From NCBI GenBank assembly GCA_013239625.1, contig MU055549.1, positions 496,001 through 560,000 of the forward strand: a stretch of 64,000 nucleotides of DNA, in the 5' to 3' direction. The stretch's first letter is position 1. Every line of letters begins with the position of its first letter. The notes below the pieces were generated by a model. The model saw only the letters and a list, made by a program, of their open reading frames with translations. It was not told the origin of the DNA and searched no databases. The translations under genes were made by a program, and so were the position numbers. Source of the DNA: Lama guanicoe (lineage: Eukaryota). Positions 45,401-56,791 of the stretch are shown in pieces.

Positions 45401-48400
45401 GCCCTGGGGCTTCTGATCAGCGGGGCGGCCACGTGTGGAGCTGACAGTGGCCTCAAAGGATGCTCGCAGGTTCTGGAACTGGAACTGGGACATTAGAGAC
45501 CACAGATGTGACACAAATGGGGTGGGGACGAGGAATCTCTGACATCCGTGGGGAGACTCCAGCCACAGGCCCGGCCCAGCCTCACCGTGGGAGGGTGTGG
45601 CCGCATACGCCTGAGAGGCTGCAGGAGACCACCCCCTGCGTCTCCCTGTGCAGCCGCGTCTCACGCTCAGGCCCGGCACGTGGCTGGTGGTCTGGCTGGC
45701 TTGTGGCCCGTGTGTCAGAGGCGAGGGAACACTGGCTCCAGGCTGGAGAGGGGCCTCTGTCCGTGAGCCGGGCCTGGGGGCCCAGCTCAGTATTTTCCGC
45801 AGTTTTCACTGCAGAAAAAGGGGTGAGGCTGGTCTGCAGGTCTGACTTTCCTATGTTTTATTTAAGAAACTTAATTATTCACCAGGCCTTGGGCCCCCAG
45901 CATCGGGGGCTGTGCAGCCTGGACTGCCCCCGCCCTGCGTTCCGAGACCCCCGCCCCTCCCGACCCAGGGTCAGGGGAGGGGAGCGGCAGCTTCTCAGCT
46001 CGGGATCCTCCTGCAGGCCTTTCTCGGGGGGCGGGGAGGGACACCAACACCATCCTGCAGCCCAGCCGGTCGGCTCAGCCTGGCGGTGAGCACCACCGAA
46101 TGGCCCCCAGAAACCCTGTCCCGGGAAGCATTTCATTTGTTCAGGGGACCGTGCTCTGGCCTGGAGCCAGCCCGGCGTTCCCCGAGAGCGTGTGTTCGGC
46201 GCGTCTGCCGCAGCTGCTGGGGCTTTGCTCAGGACGCCTCCCGCGGCCGTCACGCTGGCACTCACCCGATCTGTGTGCTTGACAGCTTGCTGAGCGGCCT
46301 GCCAGGCCCGTGCCACTAACGTGGGCCATCACGTAAGCCCTGGAGGAGCCCATGGGGGCAGCACAGGCACCGCCCGTGAGGTTGGGACCAGCCACAGGGC
46401 GCTGCTCCCTCTCAGGTCTGCGCGGCGGGATCGGGGGCCACGTGGGGGCCAGGCCGGTACACCCACGCAGACTCGTCTGGCTGGGGGAGAAGCCGGAGGC
46501 TGAGACACGTCCTAAAATCTCCACGTGCCCCCAACCCCCACTGTGGCCCCTGAGGCAGCTGGCCTCTGTGCATTTCCCCCAAGCCGCACAAAATTTCAGC
46601 AGATTCTTCCCAAATGAACTGTCGTCCGACGCAGGACAAGCTAATCTGACGACGTCTGATTGTTTGATCAGATGCGGGTGGGGAATCGGGGGGAGGAGGC
46701 TCCCCCACCCCCAGCTCTGGCTGACGGGCTGGTGGATTGCTCGCGGAAGTCACTGTCAAGCTCAGAGTAAAGACAATTTTAGCTGCCAGAAACCCGAGGT
46801 CGCTCCAGTGGCACGTGAGCATCTGGGTTTGTAGGTGCTGGTTCAGAACCTGACTCTGTAGGGGCCCATTTTTGTCCTGAGCCTTGGCACCTGCAGCTGC
46901 AGTCCTCACAGCCAGAATCCCGAGGGCGGCCGAAGGTCCATCCACACCTGCTCAGTACACGTGAGCCAGACGCTTCCAGAGTCACCGGCCCTCCTCTGGA
47001 AGAGCTCCAGAGAAACACACTTAGTTAACCGATACATGTTCCTAACTCACAAGACAGTGCAGTCCGGGTGCCGGGGTGGGGAGCGTGTCTGCACCCCAAG
47101 GGGACAAGGCGCTGCTCTGGCCACGGAGCTTGGTGTGAGCCCAGTGGGACCCTGTGCACGTCTGCGCGTGACAGACGTCAGTTTGGAGAGGAGCTCAGAG
47201 TGGAAAGGACCTCTCCTGGTGGGTCTCAGGGGGCAGCCTGGACAGAGCCAGATGGACCCCGTGGGCTCCCTGGCTGCTCTGCAGAGGGAGGGGCGGTGCC
47301 CCCGCAGAGTCGCCCCCAGAGCTGGGCCGCCCCTCCCCGGGGCGATGGGTCAGGACAAAGCGCCTCCTGATGCTCCACTCGTGAACCGTTTCTGTGTGAG
47401 GCCGAGTTGTAGCGTGGACGCGGCTGATGGGGTCATAGACTGCACCTGGCTGGACGACGTGAAGCGTGGCTTGGAGGAGACGACGGGCTGCCACCAGGCC
47501 CTCTCGGGACTGACGATGGGGACAGAGCCCCTCCCCTGCTCTGCGGCTGGAATGGCTCTCCCACCGGGGCCGTCCTCTGCGTCTGGAGGGGCAGGCGTCT
47601 CCCAGATGTCCCAGCCGTACACTCGGCGCGGCCCCTTCCAGAGCCCCCTCGGCCAGGCCCCGTGCCTCCCTGACCACCTGGAAGCAGCCCCAGCGCCACC
47701 CGCCCTTCTCCTGGTCCACGTTCCTGCTTGCCCCTCACCCGCACCCCGTCCCTCCCAGGCGGGCTGCTGGGGCCAGGCTGGTGGAGGGTCCTGGCTGGCC
47801 CACTGCACGACCACGTTCAGACCCGAGCTTCAGGTGGTCTGGGTCACACCGCTCCCCGGGGGCCAGTCTGGGCTTTGGTTGGCTTTCTGGGAGTCAAACA
47901 CGCCCCCCTGGGAGGACTGCCAGGTGGAGGTGTTCCACCCCCAGCTTATCACGGACGCCGGAAGATGGCCCTCTGCCCTCCCCAGTCCCTGGGACTGCAC
48001 GGCCACTGATGTCTGCAAGTCCCAGCTACCAGGGACACACCCCCTCGTCCCATCTGGGCCACGGTGACTTCTGTACACGTGACAGGAAGGGACGGTGGGG
48101 CTTCTACTAAGGGTCTGAGGCGCCTGGGGCAGCAGGCTGCCCATATGGGCAGGAGGCGAGTCCACATCCTGGTGCCTGACTGGCTGAGGGGGCAGCCAGC
48201 CCTGGATTCTCGGGCCTCAGAGCAGCTCTGACCCCCACTGGGTGGCCGGTGACACTGGGCTGCTGTCCTCTTGGGCAGGGCCCGGCTCCACCCCTCGCCC
48301 CCGTGCGGTGCCTCACAAGGTACACAGAGCCCACAGCCCCTTCCAGTGCAGGGAGCAGGAGGGGCCGTCTGATTCCGTTCCTCCAGCTGCTGGCTGTGTG

Positions 48401-49168
48401 ATCCGGGGTGAGCCGCGAGCCCACAGCAGTAGGAAGCCCCTGTCCCCACGAGGGGCCGACACGCGGTCTCCGAGCCCAGGACCCAGCAGGACGGAGGGCG
48501 GAAGCGTGGTGGGAAGGGGCCCGAGGACCCTTGGCAAATCTGGTGCCGGCCTCGGGAGGGGTCCACGTGCGGCGTGGAAGGCCACGGCCTAGACTGGGCA
48601 GGAAGGGTCCCAGGTGTGCGGTGCACAGTCACACCACATGAAAAAGAAAGCGTTTCAGACTCAAAACAGCCTTCACCTTTTATCTAAATCTATAAAAAAA
48701 AAAGTGTTTTTTTCATATGTTCAGAAAGAGCGTCTTGCTGGGGCAGCCTCAGCTGTCATTAGACATTAAACTGTCAGAATGAAGCCCCAGACTTGTAGCT
48801 CAGTAAACTGCACCGAACAAAAAGAAACCACAGGGCCCCCACACAGATTTTACAGAAGCAAAATGGTATTTTTTTCAGAGAAGAAAAATCCTGCCATTAA
48901 AAACCCACCCTGCGTAAACCACAGGATTGAAAATGAGATCACTGGTCTGGGCTTCCGTGGGGGCAGAGGGCCCTGCAGGCCGAGCCCACCTACGAGAGTC
49001 CTGGGGGAACCTCCCTGCGCCCCTGCTCGGCCTGTGCTCTGGTCCTGGCAGCTGGACGAGCAGACTCCAGGGTGAGCTGCCCTGCGGGGTCAGCTGAGAA
49101 GCCCAGCTCCCGGGTGGGTGCTGGGGGCAAAGCGCTCAGACAGCTGCAGGGGCTGTGTGCGTGAGGGT

Positions 49169-49250
49169 ATGCATGTGTGTGCACATGGGAGCATGCATGT
49201 GTGTGCATGCACATGTGCATGTGTGCACCAGTGCATGTGCATGCATGCGG
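49169..49250. repeat. (TG/TGCA)n alternating purine-pyrimidine microsatellite
   Basis: atgcatgtgtgtgcacatg... visible directly. Confidence 0.85.
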
Positions 49251-50129
49251 GTGGGGTGCAGTGGGAGCAGAGCACTCACTGGAGGCTCGCTGCACACGGG
49301 CCCTGGGGCTAACCTCAGTAGGTCCGCTCACGGCGCGGCACGGGGGCGCCCCTCGTGAGGGCTCCTGTCCCAAGGGACCCCGGGTCGTTTCTACCAGGAC
49401 AGCAGGCAGCCGGGCGGCCTGTCAGAAGCAAACTCATTTTCCTGGGTTGTCCTCGTCCTTGGAGGCGAGGGCTGCCCGGCTGGCCCCAGAGGAGTCACTG
49501 AAACGGCAAGCGTGGCTCACTCAGAGAGCATTTGGCAGCAGGGCAGGGACGGGATGGGCTCAGCTCAGACCTCAAACGTCTCTGGTCAAGCTGTCTGGGT
49601 CTTCTGGGAGGGTAAAAACTGGCGAGAGGCCCCTGGGGAACTGTGGGGCTGAGGGCCTGGACACCGGGGTGAGGAGGGTGGGCATCTTGGTTGAGGGCAG
49701 GATCACAGGGGTCAGGGAGTGGGCACGTGGCGGGGGTCTTGGGGTCACAGGGTCTAGGATGAGCCCACCCCCTAGGGTGGACATGGAGTACACGGGGGTC
49801 ACTGTCCAGCTCGGGGCCACCCGAGCTCCACCCCTTGGCCCTGGAGGGACCCGTGCATGTGAGGTCTCCTCAGTCCGGGCTGCCTGTCCTGGCACACACA
49901 AGAAGGGTCCCAGAGTTAGAGCCTGCCCTGCTCCTCGCGCCCAGGCTGGAGGCTGCAGCCCGTCCGGACAGGCTCTGCGTGGGTGGCCGCGGGTCTGGGA
50001 CCCCTAGTCGTGCTCTGGCCTTGTGTACAAACCCTGAGCCCCGGCTCCCGACCTTCCCTGCAGGAGGGGCCTCTGGCTCATGGGTAGAATTGCCGGCCAT
50101 CTGCAGCCCTGGGGCAGCGGGAGGCGCTT

Positions 50130-50240
50130 GGCCTCTCCTGCCTCAGTTTCCCTGCTGTCAGACAGGATCATGGAATCTCCAAGTTTGTGGTTCCGGGAGG
50201 CCCCTCGGGGTGATGGACACTCAGTGTTTAGCACAATTGA
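50130..50240. mobile_element. MIR fragment
   Basis: gcctcagtttccctgctgtcagacaggatcat...gtgtttagcaca. Confidence 0.55.
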
Positions 50241-51656
50241 GGGAAGGCAGGACCCTCTCTTCTGCATTTTTCCAAAAAGCGAGCCTGAACACACTTGTCT
50301 CAGCTGACGGGGCCTCCCTGGCAGCCAGGCCTGCGGGCTTGGGGAGGAGCTGGGACGCTGGGGTCAGTCCTGGGAGGCTGTGTTTACAGGCAGGGGAGGC
50401 TGAGCCCTTTCCTCAGGGTCTGTCCCTTTGGGCCCCCTTAGCGTCACGAGGTGCAGACCCCGCCTGGACCCCGCCCGCAAAGCCCAGGAGGCCCTCGGTG
50501 CCTGGCCCTGGGCCGGATCCCCTGTCGGAGTCGGAACTCCTTACATAACCGGGAACAGCCACTGCAGTGAGATGCTGCTTTAATTAACTAGGAAGACGTC
50601 CTGCCCTGAACCTCAGTAAACACTTTGTCAGCAGCGACACCGACACCCTCTGGTGGGCGGCACCCCCTCTTGTCTGGGGAACGTAGCATCGCGGCTCAGT
50701 CTGCGTGTTCTCCACGGGCTCGCTCTCTGCGGGGCTCTGGGCTGCAGACCTGTGACGTCTGGGCTGGGGGCCTCAGTGAGAACTGCAGCGGAGATAAGAA
50801 CACTGCCCGTCCCCGGCCCGTCTCCTTGCCTGTAGAGCCCTGCCCCGCGAGCCCGGGGGTCTGGGCCTTTTGAACCCCGGCCTCCACTCCTTGTCTGGCA
50901 CCGACATCGACACGGCTGGCGACTTTCCTTCACCACGACCCGGGGTCGGGAGACTGTGTGCGGGTGAGTTTCACTCAGTAACAAGCGGGGAGCAGGCACA
51001 GGGTGGGGGCACCTGCGGAGCTGGCCCTGCCCAGCAGCCTGGTGAATAAAACCCCTAAAATGCAGGACAGACGCCCACATCTTCCAAACCCGCAGAAGAC
51101 AGACGCGCTGGGGGCCAGCGCCGAGCCAGGCTGCTAGGACGGCCTCCACGTCAGGCAGGGCTCCAGGGAGGGACGGAGCTCGAGGGCCCCTCCCTCTCCT
51201 GCTCGGCCCACGTTTACAGTGGGTCCTCCGTCAGCGCCAAGACCCCAGCCCGACGGGCCTCTCACGGTCTGACCCCAAATGTCACGTCCCGTGGCGGGGG
51301 CACAGTTCTCAGAGCTGCTGACAGGCCCAGGACCTCTCAGAAGCCGACAGCTGTGCTGTGCAGCGGCCCCTTGGAGTGAACACGCTTGTCCCTTCATCCC
51401 TGGAAGAAAGAATGATACAGTGTCCACCCTGGCCGTGGGGTCAGAGCTGACCGGAGGGCCCTCTGCTCCTCCGTGCCCAGCCCCCGGCCCCAGCCCCCAG
51501 CCTGTGACCACCCAGTGGTCTGAGTGTGTGTCCTGGGCTGCTGAGGGTGGTGGCCACCCCAACAGTGACCTGCCTCTCATTTCTGGTTTTGCTCCCATAC
51601 ATGTGGGGCGGCTGTCCTGGGCGCTCCCTGTGGCCCTGCCTCATGGGGCTGTTGCA

Positions 51657-51825
51657 AAGAGTTGCCAGATTTAGCGGCTAAAAAGAGGGTGCCCAGTTCA
51701 ATCTGAATTTCAGATAAACATTATTTTGGTATAAGTATGTCCCAAATACGGCAAGGGACAAACTAAAAAAAGTCATTCTCTGTTCATCTGAAATTCAAAT
51801 TTGACGGCATCCTCCTTTCCGGCCT
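51657..51825. mobile_element. MER53 palindromic MITE
   Basis: gttgccagatttagc...gcccagttcaatctgaatttcagataaac...gtataagtatgtccca...gggaca...tcatctgaaattcaaatttga; the internal inverted symmetry is visible. Confidence 0.85.
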
Positions 51826-53119
51826 CGTCACGTGTGAGGACAGGTGTGCGGTGCCTGCCCGACGCTGTGAGGACAGGCGTGTGGGGCCCGCCCGACGCTG
51901 TGAGGGCTTTGCCAAGGGCTTGGGGAGCGGGCCTGGCCCGCTAGTCACTCTTTCAGGCCCTTTGTTGACAACGCTCTTCTCCGCGGACACGCGCTACCGC
52001 CTCTTGAAGGACTTGGTGGCCCCGAGGCATGGTCTCCTGGACACTCAGTGCCCGGTGCCTCCCATTGCTACACCCTCCTGCAGACGGGCGTTGGGGGTCC
52101 TGCCGTGCCCTGGCCGGCCCCCTGAACCGGGTCACCAGCGCCCGCGTCACTGCGCCCTAGGCTCCCTGACACACATCCCCGTTCCTCCACTGGCTCTTGC
52201 CTCGCTGGTGCTGGGGCTGGAGCAAGACCCCGGGAGGACACGGTTGTTGGGGGACGGTGGCAGCCGCAGGGGGCATGGGGGAGTGAGCCCGGTCACACCA
52301 AGAGCCTGCGGGGGGACGGGTGCGAAAGGAAGCAGGTGTGTCTTTACTGGGCCTCAGGCCAGCACCGGGGACCTGCGGGCCAGCCAGGTGGACGGGAGGG
52401 GGGGCACAACCCGCCAGGCCAGCCGGCTTAGGCCCCTCCACCCGGCCTGCAGGTCAGGAGAGAGGCTGAGCCTGGGGACACCATGGAGGCCGCAGCCACG
52501 GCCCCTGTGCTGCCCGTGGGTGCCGGCGGCAGCGACCCCGAGACTGTGGCCCTCTGCTGCTTCTGTTTCTCCTGGAATCTCATCTTCCTGCCCCTCCACC
52601 AGCCTCCCTGGACGAGGCTCAATAGCCAAGCAGACGAGCTCCTTGTCGGTTTTGTGAAAAGGCCTGTTTCAGGCTGGGAGCTCCGCAAACACCCACAGGC
52701 CGGCTCCTGTATACAGTGGTGCTCCGCGTCCGCACCGCCGCCACGGCCCGGGCTCCCAGGCCGCCCGCGATGGAGGGGCTGCAGCCACCCTGAGCAGACC
52801 TGGGCTGAGGCCCACCTGCCGGCCTGTGCCCGGGACACAGCTTCCTCCTGCAACAAGGTGACTCCCAGCGGACATGAGGGGCAGTCATGGGCCCAGTGCT
52901 CTCTCTGGCCTGTTCCAGTCGCACTGGAGCCGCGGGAAAGACCAGGTCACAGAGCGCATTTGGGCAAAGGGCAGTTCCTGCTGGAGGGGCACGGGGTGGG
53001 GCAGCTGCAGCATGTGCTCTGTGCTTTCACGCCGCACTGCGTGCGAGCTCCATGAACGAGGGGCTGGCCTCTGGGGTTTTCTTCTATACTCGGCGCTACA
53101 TGATTTTTTGAATTATGCA

Positions 53120-53237
53120 ATTTCTTTCAGTCGAAGTAGTCAGTTCACAATGTTGCACCAGTTTCTGGTGCACAGCGTCATGTTCCAGTCCTGTACATAC
53201 AGACATACACTCTTCTTCATGTTCTTTTTCATTAGAC
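53120..53237 (-). mobile_element. L1 extreme 3' end (antisense)
   Basis: gaagtagtcagttcacaatgttgcaccagtttctggtgcacagc is the reverse complement of an artiodactyl-type L1 3' terminus. Confidence 0.7.
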
Positions 53238-53415
53238 GGTGAGAATGTAAACTGGCGCAGCCACCATGGAAAACAGTCTGGAGGCTCCTTATAAAAACTA
53301 CAAACAGACTTGCCCTAGGATCCAGCAGTCCCACTCCTGGGCGTATATCCGGAGGGAACTCTAATTCGAAAAGACACCTGCACCCCCATGTTCACAGCGC
53401 CACGGTTTACACGCA
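53238..53415 (+). mobile_element. L1 ORF2 C-terminal fragment
   Basis: gtgagaatgtaaactggcgcagccaccatggaaaacag...gatccagcagtcccactcctgggcgtatatcc...aaagacacctgcacccccatgttcacagc. Confidence 0.85.
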
Positions 53416-55599
53416 CCTTCGGCCAAGGAAACGCAATTATGAAGGAGCGGCGAGGGCCACCCTGGGGGACGCGTCCTGCTGCAACCACTCCAGCCACGTC
53501 GCGTCGCCGGCTGCTCCAGGCAGTGCGCAGCTGGCACAAGCCCCAAGAGCAGCCGGCCCCGGGAAATGCCGCCGTCGCTGGGCGGACAGACGGCGTCAAC
53601 CCCCGTGTCGCCGAGAGACCAAGTACTCCGTTCTGACCTCCGGGAGCAGACGCTGTCCAGGTGTCCGAGGAGCCACGGCCCTGACCCAGGGAGGCTGTCG
53701 CCACTGACGCGACGCCTCCACGGAACCCACACCCTGATGCACAATTAAAGGCGTCACTTGCCGGAGCAACCGGAGTCGACCCAGGAATAGAAAACCGCGT
53801 CGAGTTTTAGCAACGGCTGCAAACCAGTTACGGGATGATGTATTAGATTCATTAAATCTAAAAGCCCAGATTTAAAAAATTATTTGTTTCAGACGTCAGG
53901 GTGTTTTCTACATAATTCAGGAGCTAACGATCTGGTTGCACTGGAACTTCTCATGAAAACATTAAATGTGTTTTGGTTCCGAGCATGTCCTTCCTTCACA
54001 GGCTGCGTCCGACCCCCGCTGTTTTAACCCTTCCCTTCCCGCCTTCATCTTCGTGTTCCGTGCTCGCTGAGTTTCTCCTCTTTCCTCTGCGGCCCTTCCA
54101 CAGGAGGGCCCCATCCTCACGTCAGTTTGTGCAGGGTCCCCTGCGAGGGGACGGGGGAGGGGTGGGGGGAGATGCTCAGAGCAGCCCTGGGGCCCGGGCA
54201 GCCATCCGGGGTGGGACGGTCCCCGTGGTGGGAAAACAAAAGAGGTCAAATGCTCTGCTGTTCAGAACCGCCACGCACGGGGCCTGAGAAATTCCCTGCT
54301 CCCTGTGAGCTGTCAGGTCTGTTTAAACAGCAGCAAAATAACATCATCGACGGAATAACAACACAGAACAATTGAACCTGGCGGCTGGCGTAGAAAGGAG
54401 GGACGCGCTGTGGACCAGCAACCTCCCCTCGGCTGAGACAGCGGCTCCTGTCCAGGCGAACGTCTTGGACCCAGGAACCCGGCGCCCCCATACCTGCAGG
54501 ACACCGGGTGGGGGACGCAAGGTGCTCACTGACCACAGGCCGGCCTGAGCCTCACCCGAGACACAGAGCAGATCCTGGGAACGGCCGGCACGCTGGACGT
54601 GGAGCAACTGCCAAGACGCGAACCTTCTGGCCTCACCACCGCCCCCGGGACCAGATGCTGCCCGGGCCCTGAGGCAGAGGAGCTGCTGCTGCCCTGGACG
54701 CCGTGCAGACCGGGGCCTGCCCGGAGGAAGGGGGTCCTGCCAGTGGGGCTGGCGCTGCAGGGGAGGCAGCTGGCCTGACACGTACGTAGGAAGAAGCCAG
54801 TTGCGCGGCCTGTGAGATCGGCCGCCACAGGCTGCCCATTTCAGGCAGGAGCCTGGGGTGACCACAGGGCTGTGATTATTGACCACAGGTCCTATTTCAG
54901 GGCGGCGCAGCCACACGGTGTCACCGATGGCCCCTCGGGGACCGTCTGGCCCTGTGGGTGGGTAGGCTGAGGCACGCGGAGGGCAGGCAGCTTCCCGAGG
55001 CGTAGCCAGGCAGGGTTGGCTCAGGGCTGGGCTGGGTGGCGTCCAGCATCAGGGCAGCTGAGCTGGTCTGCAGGGGCCCCCAGGCCGTCTCCAGTGTGGG
55101 TCTGAGATGTAACGTCTTCTGGGGTGGCGCTGGGCTGAGCAGGGGTCCAGGGCAGGGCCAGGCCACAGCGAGTCTTCCTTCTGGTCCTTGGGGCTCATAG
55201 GCAACCCGGGAGCATGGTCTCCGCTGAGTCCCCAGGGGAGGTGGGTGTGCAGACTGTCACGTCTGCTGACACAGGTGGACTGCAGTTAGTCCCCCCTCCC
55301 TGGGCCACCTGGGAACTGCTGACTGAGGGGGCATTTCAGGTCGGGCTGTAGCATTGAGGTAGGAGCGCTGGGGTTTGCGCCAGATCCGAGGTGCAGGCAT
55401 CATAACCTTAGAGGTTGACGTGGACATAATGGACCTGTGAAGGGACTGTGATGAGTGACATCTGTGAGGGCCGGGCTCAGGTGAGGGGAGGGAGAGGAGT
55501 GGGGGAGGGAGGAGGGGGCACAGGGGTGTGAGCTGCAGAAGCACCAGGCCACGTTCCACTGGGACCACCACTGTCAGCAGCACCTGAAGGCTGTCCTGG

Positions 55600-55746
55600 C
55601 ACGTGTGCCCGTGTGTGCACATGTATGCGCGTGTGTGGAGGTGTGCGTGTATGTGCGTGCACATGTGTGGACGTGTGTGGACGTGTGCGTGTATGTGTGT
55701 GCATGTGTGTGTATGTGTGTGTGTGCACGTGTTTGCACGTGTGTGG
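55600..55746. repeat. Degenerate (TG)n microsatellite
   Basis: gtgtgtgcacatgtatgcgcgtgtgtgg... visible directly. Confidence 0.9.
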
Positions 55747-56049
55747 ATGCAGCTGCAGCAAAGGTGCTGGGTGGACAGGACACCAGCCATTCTGGGAAAC
55801 CCATTTCACTCTGAACACAGAGGCTGATCTGTGAGGTGTCCCCCTCATCCCCAATCGTGTGTACATCAAAGGTGTGACTGTCACCGTTTGGGGGGAGAGG
55901 CTGTATTTCAGTAAAAATGCCCACTGACTGGCTGGCCGATGTCGGGTTGCTCCTGTCTGGGCTCAGTGGTCGGCTCACCGGCTCCCGGGCCAGTCCTGCC
56001 ATCGGGGACTGAGCCGCCCTCAAGGTGCCACGTTCCCCGGCAGCTCCGC

Positions 56050-56260
56050 TCCCCGTGGTTTGGGTTTGCCTTCCCCCAATTAGCGACGTGAGCGCCTTTT
56101 CCTGTGTTTATTTCTCACTACGTACCTTCTCTACTGAGTCGTAGGAGGTCCTCGTCCTCCACTGGGGCTGCGTGGACGCGTCTCTCCATCTTCTGAGGAG
56201 CAGAAGTTCTGATGCTGATGAAGCCGATTTGTTGATCTCTCCCTTTGCTGGTTTTTACCC
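56050..56260 (-). mobile_element. Ancient L1M fragment (antisense)
   Basis: gtggtttgggtttgccttccccc...gagcgccttttcctgtgtttatt...gaggagcagaagttctgatgctgatgaagccgatttg. Confidence 0.65.
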
Positions 56261-56760
56261 CTTGATCCCTACGAACCTGTGCGTGGTTCCTGCGGCGCCC
56301 TCTCCCCGTGCTTTCGTGTAGGCGCTGTGTGGTTCCAGCGTGCGTGTCTGGGGCCACGACCCGTTTCCAGCCCGGCTTCCCAGAGCCGCTCGTGTGAAGA
56401 CGGACTCCCCCCATGGTGCGGGCTGGCGTCTTGTGGCCGCCGTCCTCTGAAAGTGTCCCTTCCTTCCCGCCTGCCGCCGTCTGTCACCCATCGGGCACAT
56501 CTCCTGAAGAGTCTGCACAGCTTAAAGGAGATTCACTCAATAAAAAACAGTTAAATTCTTAAAACAAGACATAAAGACCAAGGAAGTGTGAGGCCGTGAG
56601 ATGAGGGCAGGGCAGACGGGGTTCGGGGTAACAGCTGAAGTTCCACAGGCACCGTCCAGGTGACGTAGGAAGGGAGAGGCTCTTTCTCGGGGGACGGGAG
56701 GCCTCACAAAGCAGCGCCCAGCGTGTGACGCAGACCTTCCCCAGCCTGTAGCATCCTGCA

Positions 56761-56791
56761 NNNNNNNNNNNNNNNNNNNNNNNNNNNNNNN
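56761..56791. other. Assembly gap (31 N)
   Basis: Run of n characters. Confidence 0.99.
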
